Shown: piece by piece, positions 50,901 to 62,834 of the stretch
Position numbering within the stretch: position 1 is the stretch's first letter
Layout: every line of letters starts with the position of its first letter
Source of the DNA: Callorhinchus milii
Lineage: Eukaryota
Assembly: GCF_018977255.1 (NCBI RefSeq)
Contig: NW_024704743.1
Coordinates: 5,210,001 to 5,274,000 of the forward strand
Direction: 5' to 3'
DNA length: 64,000 nucleotides
Notes under the pieces: generated by a model
What the model was told of the DNA's origin: nothing
The model's input: only the letters and a program-made list of their open reading frames with translations
Database searches by the model: none
Made by a program: the position numbers and the translations under genes

Positions 50901-52471
50901 GGAACCAGCTCAGAAATCTCAGGATCTAAGACCGATGGAGTTCTGTAGTGTAGTGGTTAGCGCGCTCGCCTCACAAGTGAGAGGGCCCGGTTTGATTCCC
51001 GGATGGGGTGAAACCTTAGGCAAGTTTCCTTACTCCACACACACACTACTATGTTTACCTCGCAGTAAGTAGTCGATTGGTGGGTTGCGTTCCGGGGGTA
51101 ATAATCCCTCAAAAAAATTGTTCACTCAATCCACGACTGTTTGTGGGACACTGCTGTGCACAGTTGGCTACCGCGTTTTGCCCAAGAAATACACAGTCAC
51201 TCCATTTTACAATATATTCTGTGAAGTGCTTTGAGACACCTCAACAAGGTCATAAGCTCTATATCATATGCAATTACCATTATTATTTATTAAAACCCGA
51301 TTTAGACGTCAGCTAGCGGGATTGTTCCGTCACTCTGGGTTGTTTGTTTCACAAAAAGGCGTCAGGCTGTGTGTGATCACCAACCAGTAGTCAGGCTGTG
51401 ATCCGGGAGTGAATGCCTGCCCTGGCACATTGCTCTGGGTGTCAGAGTGGAGTTGCTGTGAGTTGGTGGAGTTGCTATGACAGATTTCTGGTTCCTGATA
51501 GGAGTCCCTGTTTGGGCAGCTTATTAAGGGATCCTGTTGGAAATAACTACAAGTCACTCCTTTCCCCCTTCTTTCCTTTTCTATCTTCTACAGTGAAAGC
51601 TGTTGTGAAACAGGAATAGAAAATTAAGCGAATAACTGAATGCAGGTCACCCATTCTGCCTCTGATGTGCTTTGAATCTTCATTTATTTTTAATATAAAA
51701 AGGCTGTGAAAGCAGCACTGTTTCTTTTTAATATAACCTTTCATTGTATTTGGGAGGGAGTCTGTGTGATTGAGATGCCGGCAATGGCTTTCAGGGTACT
51801 CTCAGGCATTGGCACCTGATAATGCGTTCAGTAGGATGAGCGGATATGAAGTTGCATTAAAATCATCGGTGGCACAAAGTTAATGGTGAACCTCTGTGTA
51901 CTAAGCCAGGGGCAGCAGCTCGAGAGGGGAATCACATTGCTGCTGGGCATCGGGTGCAGACAGGCTCAGACCCACACTGATCCCCTCTCATGGGTTCTTG
52001 CTGTGAAAGGTTCCCACATAAATAATGGTCAGTGGGGCGAGTGTGGGCTGCTTCAAAGCCTTCAAAGCCCTCCACGTCCTTGCTCCTTCCTACCTCTGTG
52101 ACCCGTTGACCCCATATCAACCTCTCTGCTCAGAAGGCTCTGACCTGCTCCATGTCGCCCAGCCTATCCACCCCACCATCGGTGGTTGCAGCTTCAGCCT
52201 CTCTGACCCCACTCTTTGGAACTCCATCACACAATCCCTTCGCCTTGCTCTCCTTCCCTTGCCTCCTTCAAGACACGTATTGAGAACCTCTTCGACTGCG
52301 CTACGGTCACTCTCCTATCCCCACCGTCCCTGCCCTCTACCTCAATGGATCCAAATCCATGACTGCTCATCCTTGGGATGTCTTCCTGTCATGAAATGCA
52401 CTATAGAAATGTAATTTGTTGTTCTGCGTGGAATTAGCTGAAAGTTCCTTTGTTCCCACTGATCTCTGCAG

Positions 52472-52603
52472 ATGCCGGTCTGTTCCTACTTCCTGCGAGG
52501 GATCTGCAGCAACAGTAACTGCCCCTACAGTCACGTGTACGTGTCCAGGAAAGCTGCGGTCTGTCCCGACTTCCTCAAGGGCTACTGCCCATTAGGAGAA
52601 AAG
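52472..52603 (+). CDS. ZC3H3: ZC3H3 coding exon 9 (CCCH fingers 3-4)
   Basis: tctctgcag|ATG...GAAAAG|gtgcgt, 132 nt. Encodes MPVCSYFLRGICSNSNCPYSHVYVSRKAAVCPDFLKGYCPLGEK. Confidence 0.97.
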
Positions 52604-52869
52604 GTGCGTTTCAATAATCCGTCGTTTTATTACCACAGTGATACCAGGTAACGTCAGTGTGCAGATGGGTAGACCGTTAAAGTCCCGGCTGGAGTGTTCC
52701 CAGCCACTTCTGTTTTTATTTCAGATTTCCAGCATCTGCAGTATTTTGCCTTTTGTTTAAGGTGGAGTTTTACAGATGAAGTTTAACATTGCAAACTGTG
52801 ACATAGTGCCTGGCCTGGAAGAATAGTGGTTGGGAATGTGTTCTAGATTAGGAATCCCAGAGCCCAGAC

Positions 52870-53900
52870 TGGGTGCAGACCAGTGACCTGATATTTGCAG
52901 CACGCCAGCAACAGGAAAATGTCATGAGCAGCACCATGATCTATCTATGGCGTTTAGCCACTTTACGGAGGGAGACAAATGATTCAGTGAACAGAAGGCT
53001 CTGCGGAAAACTCTCTGCCAGTTTGATTGCCCCCCAAAATTTACCTCAGTTGTCAGACAACTTCACAACAACATGTATTTAGATAGCTCCCCTCTCAGAG
53101 CCCCTCTCAGAGCCCCTCTCAGCGCTTTCACGACAGCATGAAAGGAAGGTTAATGTACAGTGAGTCTCAGTCTGAACCCTTCCCTACTGAAACTGAAGTA
53201 AAACAAGAATGGCTCATTACAACGAGCCTTTTTGCTATTTTCCTTGCAGTTTTTCTATTCCGAGCTACTATCCAATCTCCGGTGGCGTGGAAATCAAGTA
53301 CTGACTAAATGGAAAACTTCTCAACCTAAGGCACGTACAGGCAAAGACCAAATTCCTCATCATGATCGATCTCCAGTAAGCAGTCCTTACGGACTCTATT
53401 AATGTTTCCAAAACTAAAGCCTTTACCAACATGCACCTGGCACTGCAGCTTCTCCATCAGTGGTGAATATCGTCCACTTCGTAAACCTTGGTAGTTGTCT
53501 ATCAAAGAATAGGAACAGCCATGTGGAGATTCATCGTCACATTAATAGGATCTTTTGGCTGTCTTGAGAGCCGTGTCTTCAATGAAAAAGGACTGGATGC
53601 GTCGATGAAGATCGTGGTTTACAAGTCTAGTTCATTGCTCTATGGCTCTAGGTTCCTTACAGAAGGCGTCTTGAGTCTCTTGAGCATTTCTATCAATGTT
53701 CCTTATGCAAAATCCATCAGATTCACTGGGATGATGGTAAAACCAATGCATTTGTTCTCTCACAATCGGGGTGCAGAAGTACTAAAGCTCTGGTTATTAA
53801 CCGGTTGGCTGGACTGATCATTGTGCCGAACAGATGACTCCAGACTCCCAAAACAGCAACTATAACCATTGTGACCCAGCTAGGATTGCTGAGGAGGAAC
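52870..53900 (+). mobile_element. Degenerate RTE-clade LINE reverse-transcriptase fragment
   Basis: Frameshifted motifs DLIFAARQQQE, DSVNR, SEPFPTETEVKQ and GVEIKY..GKLLNLRHVQAKTK resemble RTE/BovB-type ORF2. Confidence 0.7.
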
Positions 53901-54411
53901 AGAAACGTAGACCGAGGAAGGAGTGTCATGCTGCCGCGACCACACTGTCAACTGGGTCATCTCTCAGTGTCATTGTCAATGTCGCATCTGTGTAAAATCT
54001 GTCTCCACAGTTAAATGCCCACCAAAACCAGACCAATCCTAAACTCAATTTCCCTCCTTTTTAATTTTTTTTAAAAAACAAAGATGAGAAACAATCTTCC
54101 TGGATTATGGCGGGATTGGCTGTGGCTATAGTTAAGGAGAGATTGGCTATGGTTGTGGATTGGGAAACATGAGGAGGGGAGATGAGAGATCTAGGTATTC
54201 ACATCCATCGATCATTAAAATCTTCTCAGGTGAAGAACGGAGTCAAATGGGCTAATGGGTTGTTGGCCTTCATCACAAGGAATCTAAAGTACAAGCTCCT
54301 TCTGCGGTTAGACACGGTCTTCTCGCACTTCGCTGTGGTTCAGGTTTAGACACTCATTCTTAGGAAGGATATACAGTCATGGTTCACCAGACTAATAACT
54401 GGGCTATAATA

Positions 54412-54720
54412 ATCCTGTAGCTCAGTGGTTAGAGCACTCGCCTTGCAAGCGAGGCACCTGGGTTCAATTCTAGGCAGGGCGAAACGGTGGGCAAGTTTCC
54501 TTATTCCACACACCTAATAATAATCCCTCCAAAACAAAACAATAATAAATTGGTCATTTTCAATCCACGACTGTTTGTGGGACTCTCCTGCGTGCAATTG
54601 GCTGCCGCGTTTCGCACACAAATATACAGTCAATTCACTTTACAGCATATTCTGTGAAGCGCTTTAAGATTCTAGAAGACATCAAAAGCGCTATATCCAA
54701 TGCAAGGATTATTATTATTA
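54412..54720 (+). mobile_element. tRNA-derived SINE (family A), full length
   Basis: tcctgtagctcagtggttagagcactcgccttgcaagcgaggcacctgggttcaattctaggcagggcg head and (TTA)n tail. It interrupts an old CR1 (about 54160-54400 and 55250-55660). Confidence 0.9.
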
Positions 54721-55170
54721 ATCCTTGCATTTGATAAGCGACTTAACAGGTTGTCTCAAAGTACTTCACAAGATGATACTGTGATGTGTGTTGACTGTAT
54801 TTTGTAGGCGAATTCAGCAGCCAGCTCGTGTAAAGCAGCGTCCCATAAACAGCATGAAGTACATGATCAATTTTATCTGCTGGATTTTTGGCCAGGACAT
54901 CAGGAGAGAGTAACTCCCTTGTCTATTTTAGTAGTGCCACAGGATCTTTAATGTCATCTTGAACAGGAACAGACAGAGCCTTCATTTAAACATCTCATCC
55001 AAATGACGGCACCTTCAACAGTGCACCCCCCTACTCTCTTCTCCCCCACAAACCAGCACTGTATTGGAGTTGCAGCCTGGACTGTCAGTTCCAGTTCCTG
55101 ACGTGTGACTTGAACGCGCCATCTTGTGACTCAAGAGGCGAGAGGGACACCTACTGAGTCAGGCTGACAC
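54721..55170 (-). mobile_element. Deu-domain SINE (family B), tail-to-tail with the preceding SINE
   Basis: Reverse complement has the head, Deu core and shared tail. Confidence 0.8.
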
Positions 55171-55774
55171 TAGCTCAGGTAGCAGCTATGTATTCATGTG
55201 GCTGCCTAGATAAGTACCTGGTTGAATAGGTTTACCTGTGATGAGAATCAGTATAGACTGGGGTTATATTACTTAGAATAAAGGAGATTAAGTGATGATT
55301 CAACTGAGGTATTAAAATACTGTAATGAAAAGAATCAACAGGTTAGAAAATAGATGACTCTTCTCTGGTAAATAGGTGCAATACATGTGGGGAGAACCCT
55401 AAACTCAGACTCAGGTGAGAGCTGAGGTCAGGAAGCATTTCTTCATGTTGAGGGTCATGAAGATGCGCAACTCTCCAGAGGTCCCAGGAATCAATAGGGT
55501 GTAAGAGAGAGAGAGACACGTGGTTGGGTAGTGGAGGAATTAAGGCGAAGATATGGAGGAAGAGCAGGGCATTGGGATTAAAATATGTGACCAGATCTGA
55601 TAAACTTGTGGAACAGGCTTGATTGGCTGAATGGCCTCTTCTTGTTCCATGATTCCAATGTTGCGAGTATACCCTCTGCCCCGGTGTGTGGGGGAGGGGG
55701 TAATGTGACCTGAGTGACTTGGGGGGTAGTGCACCTCTGGTTTGTTTGACTATTGTTACACTGGGGTCTCCTTG

Positions 55775-56315
55775 CAGCTGAACTGGCTCAAAGTTCAAAG
55801 ATGCCTGGCAATATCGGAATCGAGCCGGCCCTCTGTGACGGTCTCTAGTCCGATTCCTGAGCCAGGCGGGTCCACAGTATTCCAGGGCATTGCTGATAAC
55901 AGCACAAGTCCTGGCTCATCAGCAGGACCTGGAAGGGCAGACCAGTCAACGGGAGCAGGGAGTCATCCCACTCAGCTCCTGTTAACCCTGCAAGCCAAAG
56001 CCCTAACGTGTAGGGTGGTCCTAGCTGGACAAGCAGCGGGAAAGCTTGCCAGACAGCACTATCAATGGCAAGCTATGCTTTTGGGGTCCCCAAGCCTTGG
56101 CTCTTGCCAACCTGCGCCTAACACTTTTTGGAATTAGGTAAACAGGATGTGTCTCTCCAGGGAGAGAGTGCGCATTCCATTCCAGCAATCTCTCTCTGTA
56201 ATTTCCATGTGTAGGTGGGATGCACGGAAATCTCAGCTTGGGTTTGGATACTCTTAAGCATGGTGATGAGTTTCCGCATGTGACAGACACCCGGCTGACC
56301 ACTTCCACAAATAAA
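55775..56315 (+). mobile_element. Unclassified interspersed repeat (family X), longest uninterrupted copy
   Basis: Homologous to 1020-2315(-), 19440-19550(-), 25660-25760(+) and 39370-39600(-). Confidence 0.7.
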
Positions 56316-59300
56316 AAGCACCATTCAGGAGTCTGTCCGACTGCTGACATCAGCCACTCCACCCAGTCTCCAGGCCTCTGCCCTCTAAGCCACATGTCTG
56401 GCTACCAGTTACCTTTCTCTTCAGCGCTTCACTGCAGATGCTGCCTGTGGGCACTCAGTGCACTCGAGTTGCTCTCGAGTTGGAAGCGGACACTTGTGTG
56501 TCACGGTGGTCCTCTGGGTATAAGCCATTATCTGCAGCTCTGCCACACTGCCACCCCTTGAGCTGTACATGTCCAAGTGCTGATCTGCCATTTGCACCGT
56601 CACACAGAAAAACAAGAGGAAAAGAAACACACAGCCCCGGGGGGCACAACAGGTTACAAATACACACAGAATAAGTGCTGCGGGTGGACATGCCTTCCTC
56701 GAACACAGAGTGCCGCATTGGGTTAACCGTATTGGAATGAGACTGAGGTCAGTGAGGCCGAGGCTGCTGATCCCAGGCAACTCGTAGCCCCCCTCCCTCA
56801 TCACCCCAGGGGAGTGACCCCACCCCCACCAGGGTCTGTGCCTGTTCAGGTGGACATTAAAGATCCCGCGGCACTATTGGAGGAGAAGGGAATTTCACTC
56901 TCCCGGTAGCCTGGCCAACAATCCCCAAAATAAAATTGATCGTTCAATTTGTCGCTCTTTGTACGACTTCGCTGTGCGCAAATAGTCTGCCGCATTCGCC
57001 TACATAACAGTCACTATAGTAAATCCTATGAAGCGCTTTGTGCTGCCCTCCCCGTGTGAAAGGTACTGTATTACATGTATTACATGCAAAGGTTAGTATT
57101 ATTATGATACCTCGCAGTGCCACAGGGCAGAAGACCCCGCTTTCTGCAACTGTTTATTCTTCCCTGCCTTGACTGTAAGGGTGGCAATCGGGAGCAGCAT
57201 TCGGATGAAGAAGGCCGTTCAGCCTGTTGACCTTCCCTTTGCAGAATCCCAGTCCTGCTCGTTTCCCATTGCAGCAGCCAGCTGTTTCCTCAATGACTTC
57301 AACTCTGTTTCCTGCTAACGCTGTACCAGCTAATTAGCCTCGATGTAAAGAAACATTTCCTGAAATTGTCTTCCCAGCCCTGAAGCTGTGACCTGCTTAT
57401 CAGCCCCCTTACACTTTCAACAACAACAACTAACAGCAACAAAATCACATTTATATCAGTACCTTTCACGTCGGGAGGATGTCCCAAAGCGCTGGAGCCA
57501 AAGGGCAGCATCTCTGACAAAGCAGGGCATTGCTCCCCCCAGCCCTGCACTGGAGTGTCATCTTAGATTGGCAGCTGAGTTATAATAATCCTTGCATTTG
57601 GTACAGCGCCTTTCATGTCGGGAGGATGTCTGGCTGTGGGAATGTCTGGCTGTGGGATTGCCTGGCTGTGAGATTGCCTGGCAATGTTGGCTGTTGACAT
57701 ATGGTCCTCTCTCCATGTTGCAGTTTGGTTGTTTAAGAGTGGAAATGTCTGCTCTCTAACCTTCACTGAGCCACTATAAATAGTCAGTGTTTTATCAATG
57801 CCCAAAGCATGGAAGCACAGAATGATTTTCCTTTAACTTGAAATGTAACTGGCAATTGGTTCTGTGCTGTGGATATGTTAAAGCTTAACCCTGGCTATCC
57901 AACTGCTCTAAAGATTTATAGTTACTGAAGGTGTCCATCACTTTTTATGGGTTGAAGTGATCTGGGAGAAATTTGATATGAGCCGCAGAATATCTAACCT
58001 GGTGCTGGACTGTGCTGTGACATTCCTCTTTTGAAGCCACTAAATGTTTGGGATGGTAATACATTCTTTAAGGGCTCTGTTATGTTTCCAGATTTGTACA
58101 TGCATTACCAACAATCTAGTAGCTCTGTGCAGACTAAACTCCTGTGTCAAGCACTGAGCTTAGCTGGATTGACGTCTCCCACTCCAGCCGGGCTCAAGCC
58201 TCTTTCTATCTGCTGTCTTTCATCCAGGACTTGATGTCTGGGAGGAGACTGGATAAACTCCCTTTGGTTCTTGTGTAATCTTCTGCTGATATAACGAAGA
58301 ACAGCTCTGAAAGCTCCGAATTCAGAGTTCCCCCATGCACCAGCACTCACACACTGTGAAAGGAAGGACTTTATCACTTCAAATGTCTCCAAGTCTGACA
58401 GAATCGCTGTCAGGTGGTGGTGAATGTTATTGCTGGCAAACCTGGCTGTTATTTTTTTTACACAGCAATTTCTCACGAACAGCTGTGAAGTGAGTAGGAA
58501 TCTGATGTGGGCGATTGTCAGCTGGTACAGCGGGGGAGAGAGAGAGGAACTCCCTTCTCTTTTCCAATCGCACCCAGGAGTGACTGCCCTCGGTGCCAAC
58601 CTGACCACAGGCTGAAGTGGACCTCACGTTAATGTCTGAATGAAAGGATGGCATCTGCCAGCCATCTGTCAGGCCTGAGCTTGACTAGAGAGCAAAATTG
58701 CAAAGATTGCAAATGACACAAAACTGTGAGGAAGATAGTAGCAGACGGCATGAGGACATAGACAGGCTGGTGAAATGGACATACACATGGCAGATGGAAT
58801 TTAATGCAGAGAAGTGTGAAGTGATGCATTTTTGGAGGTGAATTGAGGAGAGGCAATATAAGTTAAATTATTCAATTTTAAAGGAGGTGCAGGAACAGAG
58901 AGACCTGAGGGCTCACGCACACAAATCTTTGAAGGTGGCAGGACTTTTTAATAAAGCTGTTAAAAAGCATATGGGATCCTAGGCTTATTACATTTTGGTT
59001 CGACTGCACTTCACCTACCACAGTGAGTGCTGGAGTTGAGTGTACGTGGGGGAGGTGTGGAGTGAGGCAGTGGCTAGAGTCTGACAGCTTAAGCCGTTGA
59101 CGAGAGCGATTCCTGGACCCGGAGTAGCTGGGATTCTCTCCTTCATCTGCCAGCATCGTGGGACATCACCTTTCTCATTCTACCAAACAACCCACAGGGA
59201 AGGACGTTTAACCCTGTGAGCGCAGTGAGGGGATTTGTGCCTCCAGTAAAACAGCCTCCCCTCCAAAGAAGTTGCTGTGCGGTGATGGATTGTTGTGGTG

Positions 59301-59906
59301 CAGCTGCCTGTCAGACTGATTGGTTCTGGTTTGGCTCTGACTCTTGACGGAGTTGCTCTGAATGTTTGGATGTTATTAGTGTTCAGTTGTATTGTGAAGG
59401 CTTAAAGTTTACCCCCCGTATTTATTTATATACACACACAAACACAAACCCCCCCACACACACAGCCCCCACACGCATAGCCTTTCGCCCTCCCCGCACA
59501 CACACAGCCTCCATACATACACAGCCCTCCCCACACACACATTCACCCCCCTACACACACACTCACAGCCCCCCACACACATACAGACACACACACAGTC
59601 CCCCACACACATACAAACACAACACACAGCACCCCCCCACCCCCCCAAACACACGCGCACGCGACGCACGCAGCGACAGCTCAATACCCGCTTGCCACAC
59701 TGGACACTGTTTGCTCGGGGCTTGGAGTCGGTATGGTCATGCACAGTTATATATGAGTTGTTATCTAATAATACAATTATAGTTGTATAAATTGAAACAC
59801 TTGTGCACAGTTGTTGCTCTGTGTGTGTTGCCATGTGTGTGTGTTGCCGTATGTGTGAGTTGCTTTCTGTGTGTATTGCTGTCTGACTTGTCTGTTTGCC
59901 CCTCAG

Positions 59907-60082
59907 TGTAAGAAGAAGCACACACTGCTGTGCCCTGAGTTCTCGAGGACAGGCCGCTGTGCTCAGGGCTCCACTTGTAAACTCCAGCACCGACATCGCA
60001 CAGCCGGGCGGCACAGACACAGTGAGAGGGAGAGCACCAGCGCCAGTACCAACCAGCTCCGGCTTACAGGCCAAACCCACAG
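59907..60082 (+). CDS. ZC3H3: ZC3H3 coding exon 10 (end of finger 4, finger 5)
   Basis: gcccctcag|TGT...CACAG|gtaaca. Encodes CKKKHTLLCPEFSRTGRCAQGSTCKLQHRHR. Confidence 0.93.
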
Positions 60083-60585
60083 GTAACACCCTCCTCACCG
60101 GTGTCCCCTGCTCCACTCTTCACAAAATTCAACCAATTCAAAACTCCACTGCCTGCATTCTCACCCGCACTAAACTCCGCAACTCCAATACCCCAGTCCT
60201 TGTCAAAGACCACTGGCTCCCTGTCACAGAGCATCGATTTCAAGATCCTCACTCTTGTATTTAAATCCCCTCACCCCCTGGCATCCCCCTATCTCTCTAA
60301 CCTGCTCTCTCTCTTCATCACTACCTGCTGCCTTAGCTCGATTGGCTCCGGCCTCCTCCTTGTCCCCTTGGACCCTCCGCCCCACCAATGTTTCCGCCAC
60401 TACGCCCTGAAGCTGTGGAACTCTCTCCCTCAGTCCCTTCGCATTGCCCCTTCTCTCCCCATTTTCAGGTCACACTAGAAGGCCTACAGTCACCTTCCCC
60501 CTCCCTCTGGCTCAGCATTGGCACTGTTAAGTGCTCCGAAATGTGAAGGGCGCTGTATAGATGCAAGTTGTTGTTTTTGTTGTAA
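60083..60585 (+). mobile_element. L2 LINE 3' fragment starting at the exon 10 donor
   Basis: NTLLTGVPCSTLHKIQPIQNSTACILTRTK...HWLPV...IDFKILTLVFKS...LWNSLPQSLR, with a (GTT)n tail. Confidence 0.85.
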
Positions 60586-60813
60586 TATCCCAGCTCCACA
60601 CAGTCTGAGTGGCTTTCCTGCTCCACTCTGATAGCCAGTAGGTAACAGCTCCCCCATTGTGGTGTAGTGTCAGCTTTCGCTAGCCAGGCTCTGCTCTGTG
60701 CTCAATGTCAATCATTGAGCAGTGTGGTGAGCAGTGGTGAACAGTGTGGGAGGCCTCTGTGATCAGGTTGCTGGGCTGCATGACTCATGCCCAATCTTCT
60801 GACTGTTTGACAG

Positions 60814-60992
60814 GGAACTCGCGGAGGGCGAGGCAGTGCCCTCGGGCATAGAAGCCGGCTCTTCTGCCAGCACCAATGAGCTGGGCACCAGCAGCACAGA
60901 GCAGCGACTGCCAGCGTTCATCGCCCTGCACTCGCCCGTGTCCTCGCAGGAGATCAGCCCACTGGAGGGGCAAAGTGCCGCGGAGGCCCTGG
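60814..60992 (+). CDS. ZC3H3: ZC3H3 coding exon 11
   Basis: tgtttgacag|G...CTGG|gtgagt. Encodes ELAEGEAVPSG...QRLPAFIALHSP, matching the C-terminal LPSFISL motif of ZC3H3. Phase 2 in, phase 1 out. The terminal exon (expected to end like IKPRL*) was not found before 64000. Confidence 0.85.
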
Positions 60993-61156
60993 GTGAGTAT
61001 TTATTACCTACCATTGATGTGGTGAAAGAGCGGGGGAGTGAGGCTGATTGGGTAGCTCTTCGAAAGAGCCAGCACAGGCACGATGGGCCGAATGCCCTCC
61101 TTCTGTGCTGTAATATTCTATGATTTCTTTGTGGAAATCTATGATTCTATGATTGC

Positions 61157-61527
61157 GGAGTCCTGTAGCTCAGTGGTTAGAGTTCTCGCCTCGCAAGCGA
61201 GAAACCTGGGTTCTATTCCGGGCAGGGTGAAACGTTGGACAAGTTTCCTCCCACACGCCTCTGTTTACCTAGCAGTGAGTAGGAACCCTGTTTTTAGTCA
61301 ATTGGTGGATCGCTTTTCTGAGGATAATAATCCCTCAAAAAAAATGGTGATTTAGTCACTCAATCCACGACTGTTTGTGGGACGCTACTGTGTGTAATTG
61401 GCTGCCACGTTTCGCCCATAAAATGTACAGTCAATTCACTTTACAATATATTCTGTGAAGCGCTTTGAGATGTCTCGCAGATGTGATATGCAAGGATTAT
61501 ATGAAATGCAAGAATTATTATTTATTA
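61157..61527 (+). mobile_element. tRNA-derived SINE (family A) directly after a CR1 tail
   Basis: ggagtcctgtagctcagtggttagag head, preceded by tctatgattctatgatt (CR1 end at about 61030-61153). Confidence 0.88.
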
Positions 61528-62834
61528 TTTTCAATCATCTCCTGTGGATGTTTAACAAATGTCTTTGGAAAATCCATATGAATCACTTGCAATACTGCTC
61601 CCGGCTAGGACTTTAGTGATTACCTCAGAGAACAGCACACACGCAGACACACAGTGTGTCAACCACAAACTGAATAAAGATTTTGAGAATAAAACAAAAA
61701 GTACAAATTTCAGACCGGTCAGCACAGAGCATGCTGACTGCCTCATCACTTCATGACCAAGTAGTCACTGATTTTATCTCTGATAATGGATTGGAATCTG
61801 TTTCCTGGGGCTGATGTTAAACACTGTAGCTGCTGGAGATTTCCCTCGCTCCCTTCTTAAACAATAGTGTGACGGTTCTGATTCTCCAGCATCCGCAAGA
61901 TTCCTGAATCCACAAATGTCACCAATTAGTTTTTAAGCTGTGGGAAGGGCATGGAGGCTTGACAGTATTCTCGCATAGAGAAACATCTCACGTTACATAA
62001 CAAGGCCTCTAGAGCAGCAGTTTGAGAGGAGCCATCGTACAAACTGCAAGCTGGTCTCTCTCCTAAATCCACGTTGGGGATACGAGGCTTATACCTGGGC
62101 TGTCCAGGGAGAATAAGAACTGTGACAAGGAGATGACAGCAGCAAGGTCCCGGGTGGGGGCGGTGGGGGGGAAGTCAGATGAGGCGGATGGGGTCTGAGT
62201 GGTTTAGCAGGGCAGACGTGATGGGCAGAGTCAGAGCAGATGGGTGGGGCAGACAGGGGTGGGCAAGATAGACAGGGATGGGACGTGATGGACTGACAGG
62301 CTCTGAAGCTCTGAGTTAAAACCGGTGACAAGTTAAGAATGAAAACATTGCAGCTCTCTTTTTGAGAAAATACAAAGGAGCCAGTGATGAGAGGCAGCAC
62401 ATAGACCATAGGTGCGTCTCAAAGCCTACCCTCTCCCCCTGGTGCAAGAGTCACCTCCGCTCCTTCAAATCCCAAGTCCGGTCACTCGAGCACAGATGGC
62501 ACAAAACCAGCCTCACTGTTCACCGGCAACTGTGACTCAAGCAACTTCACACCAACCACCTCTCTCTCTCTCTCTCCCTCACGCCAAAACCGCTTTCTGT
62601 TCTAAACTCATCCTCGAGGCCAAACACAACCCCAAAGTCCTTTTCTGCGTGACCCACTCCCTCCTCCACATCCCGATCCTCACCTCAGATGCCAAGTGCA
62701 AAGAGGTCCTGGACTTTTTTCTCATCAAATCGACAACATCTGCCTGGCTGCCTCCTCCTCCTTCTCCCACCCCCCCAACCCCATGTCGCCTACCAGCCCC
62801 CAGGCCTTCCTTACCACCCTCTTCTCCTGCCACC

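Noticed and set aside
54412..54482. Functional tRNA-Ala genes here and at the other family A heads
   Set aside because: Each continues into a SINE body and tail, and the copies carry different disabling changes in the T-loop or stems.
55900..55935. Hammerhead ribozyme from CTGATGAG on the minus strand
   Set aside because: No stem II followed by GAAA is present at a suitable distance.
55754..56285. Solo LTR (TGTTACA...TGTGACA)
   Set aside because: There is no target-site duplication (actat versus gacac), and family X homology continues past the apparent CA end in other copies.
59400..59870. ORFs 59366..59782 and 59409..60116
   Set aside because: They come from CA/GT-rich low-complexity sequence and the antisense of exon 10.
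60767..60850. Alternative exon 11 acceptor at gatcag|G
   Set aside because: That frame reaches TAG at about 60849 and misses the LPAFIAL motif. The acceptor at 60814 keeps the frame.
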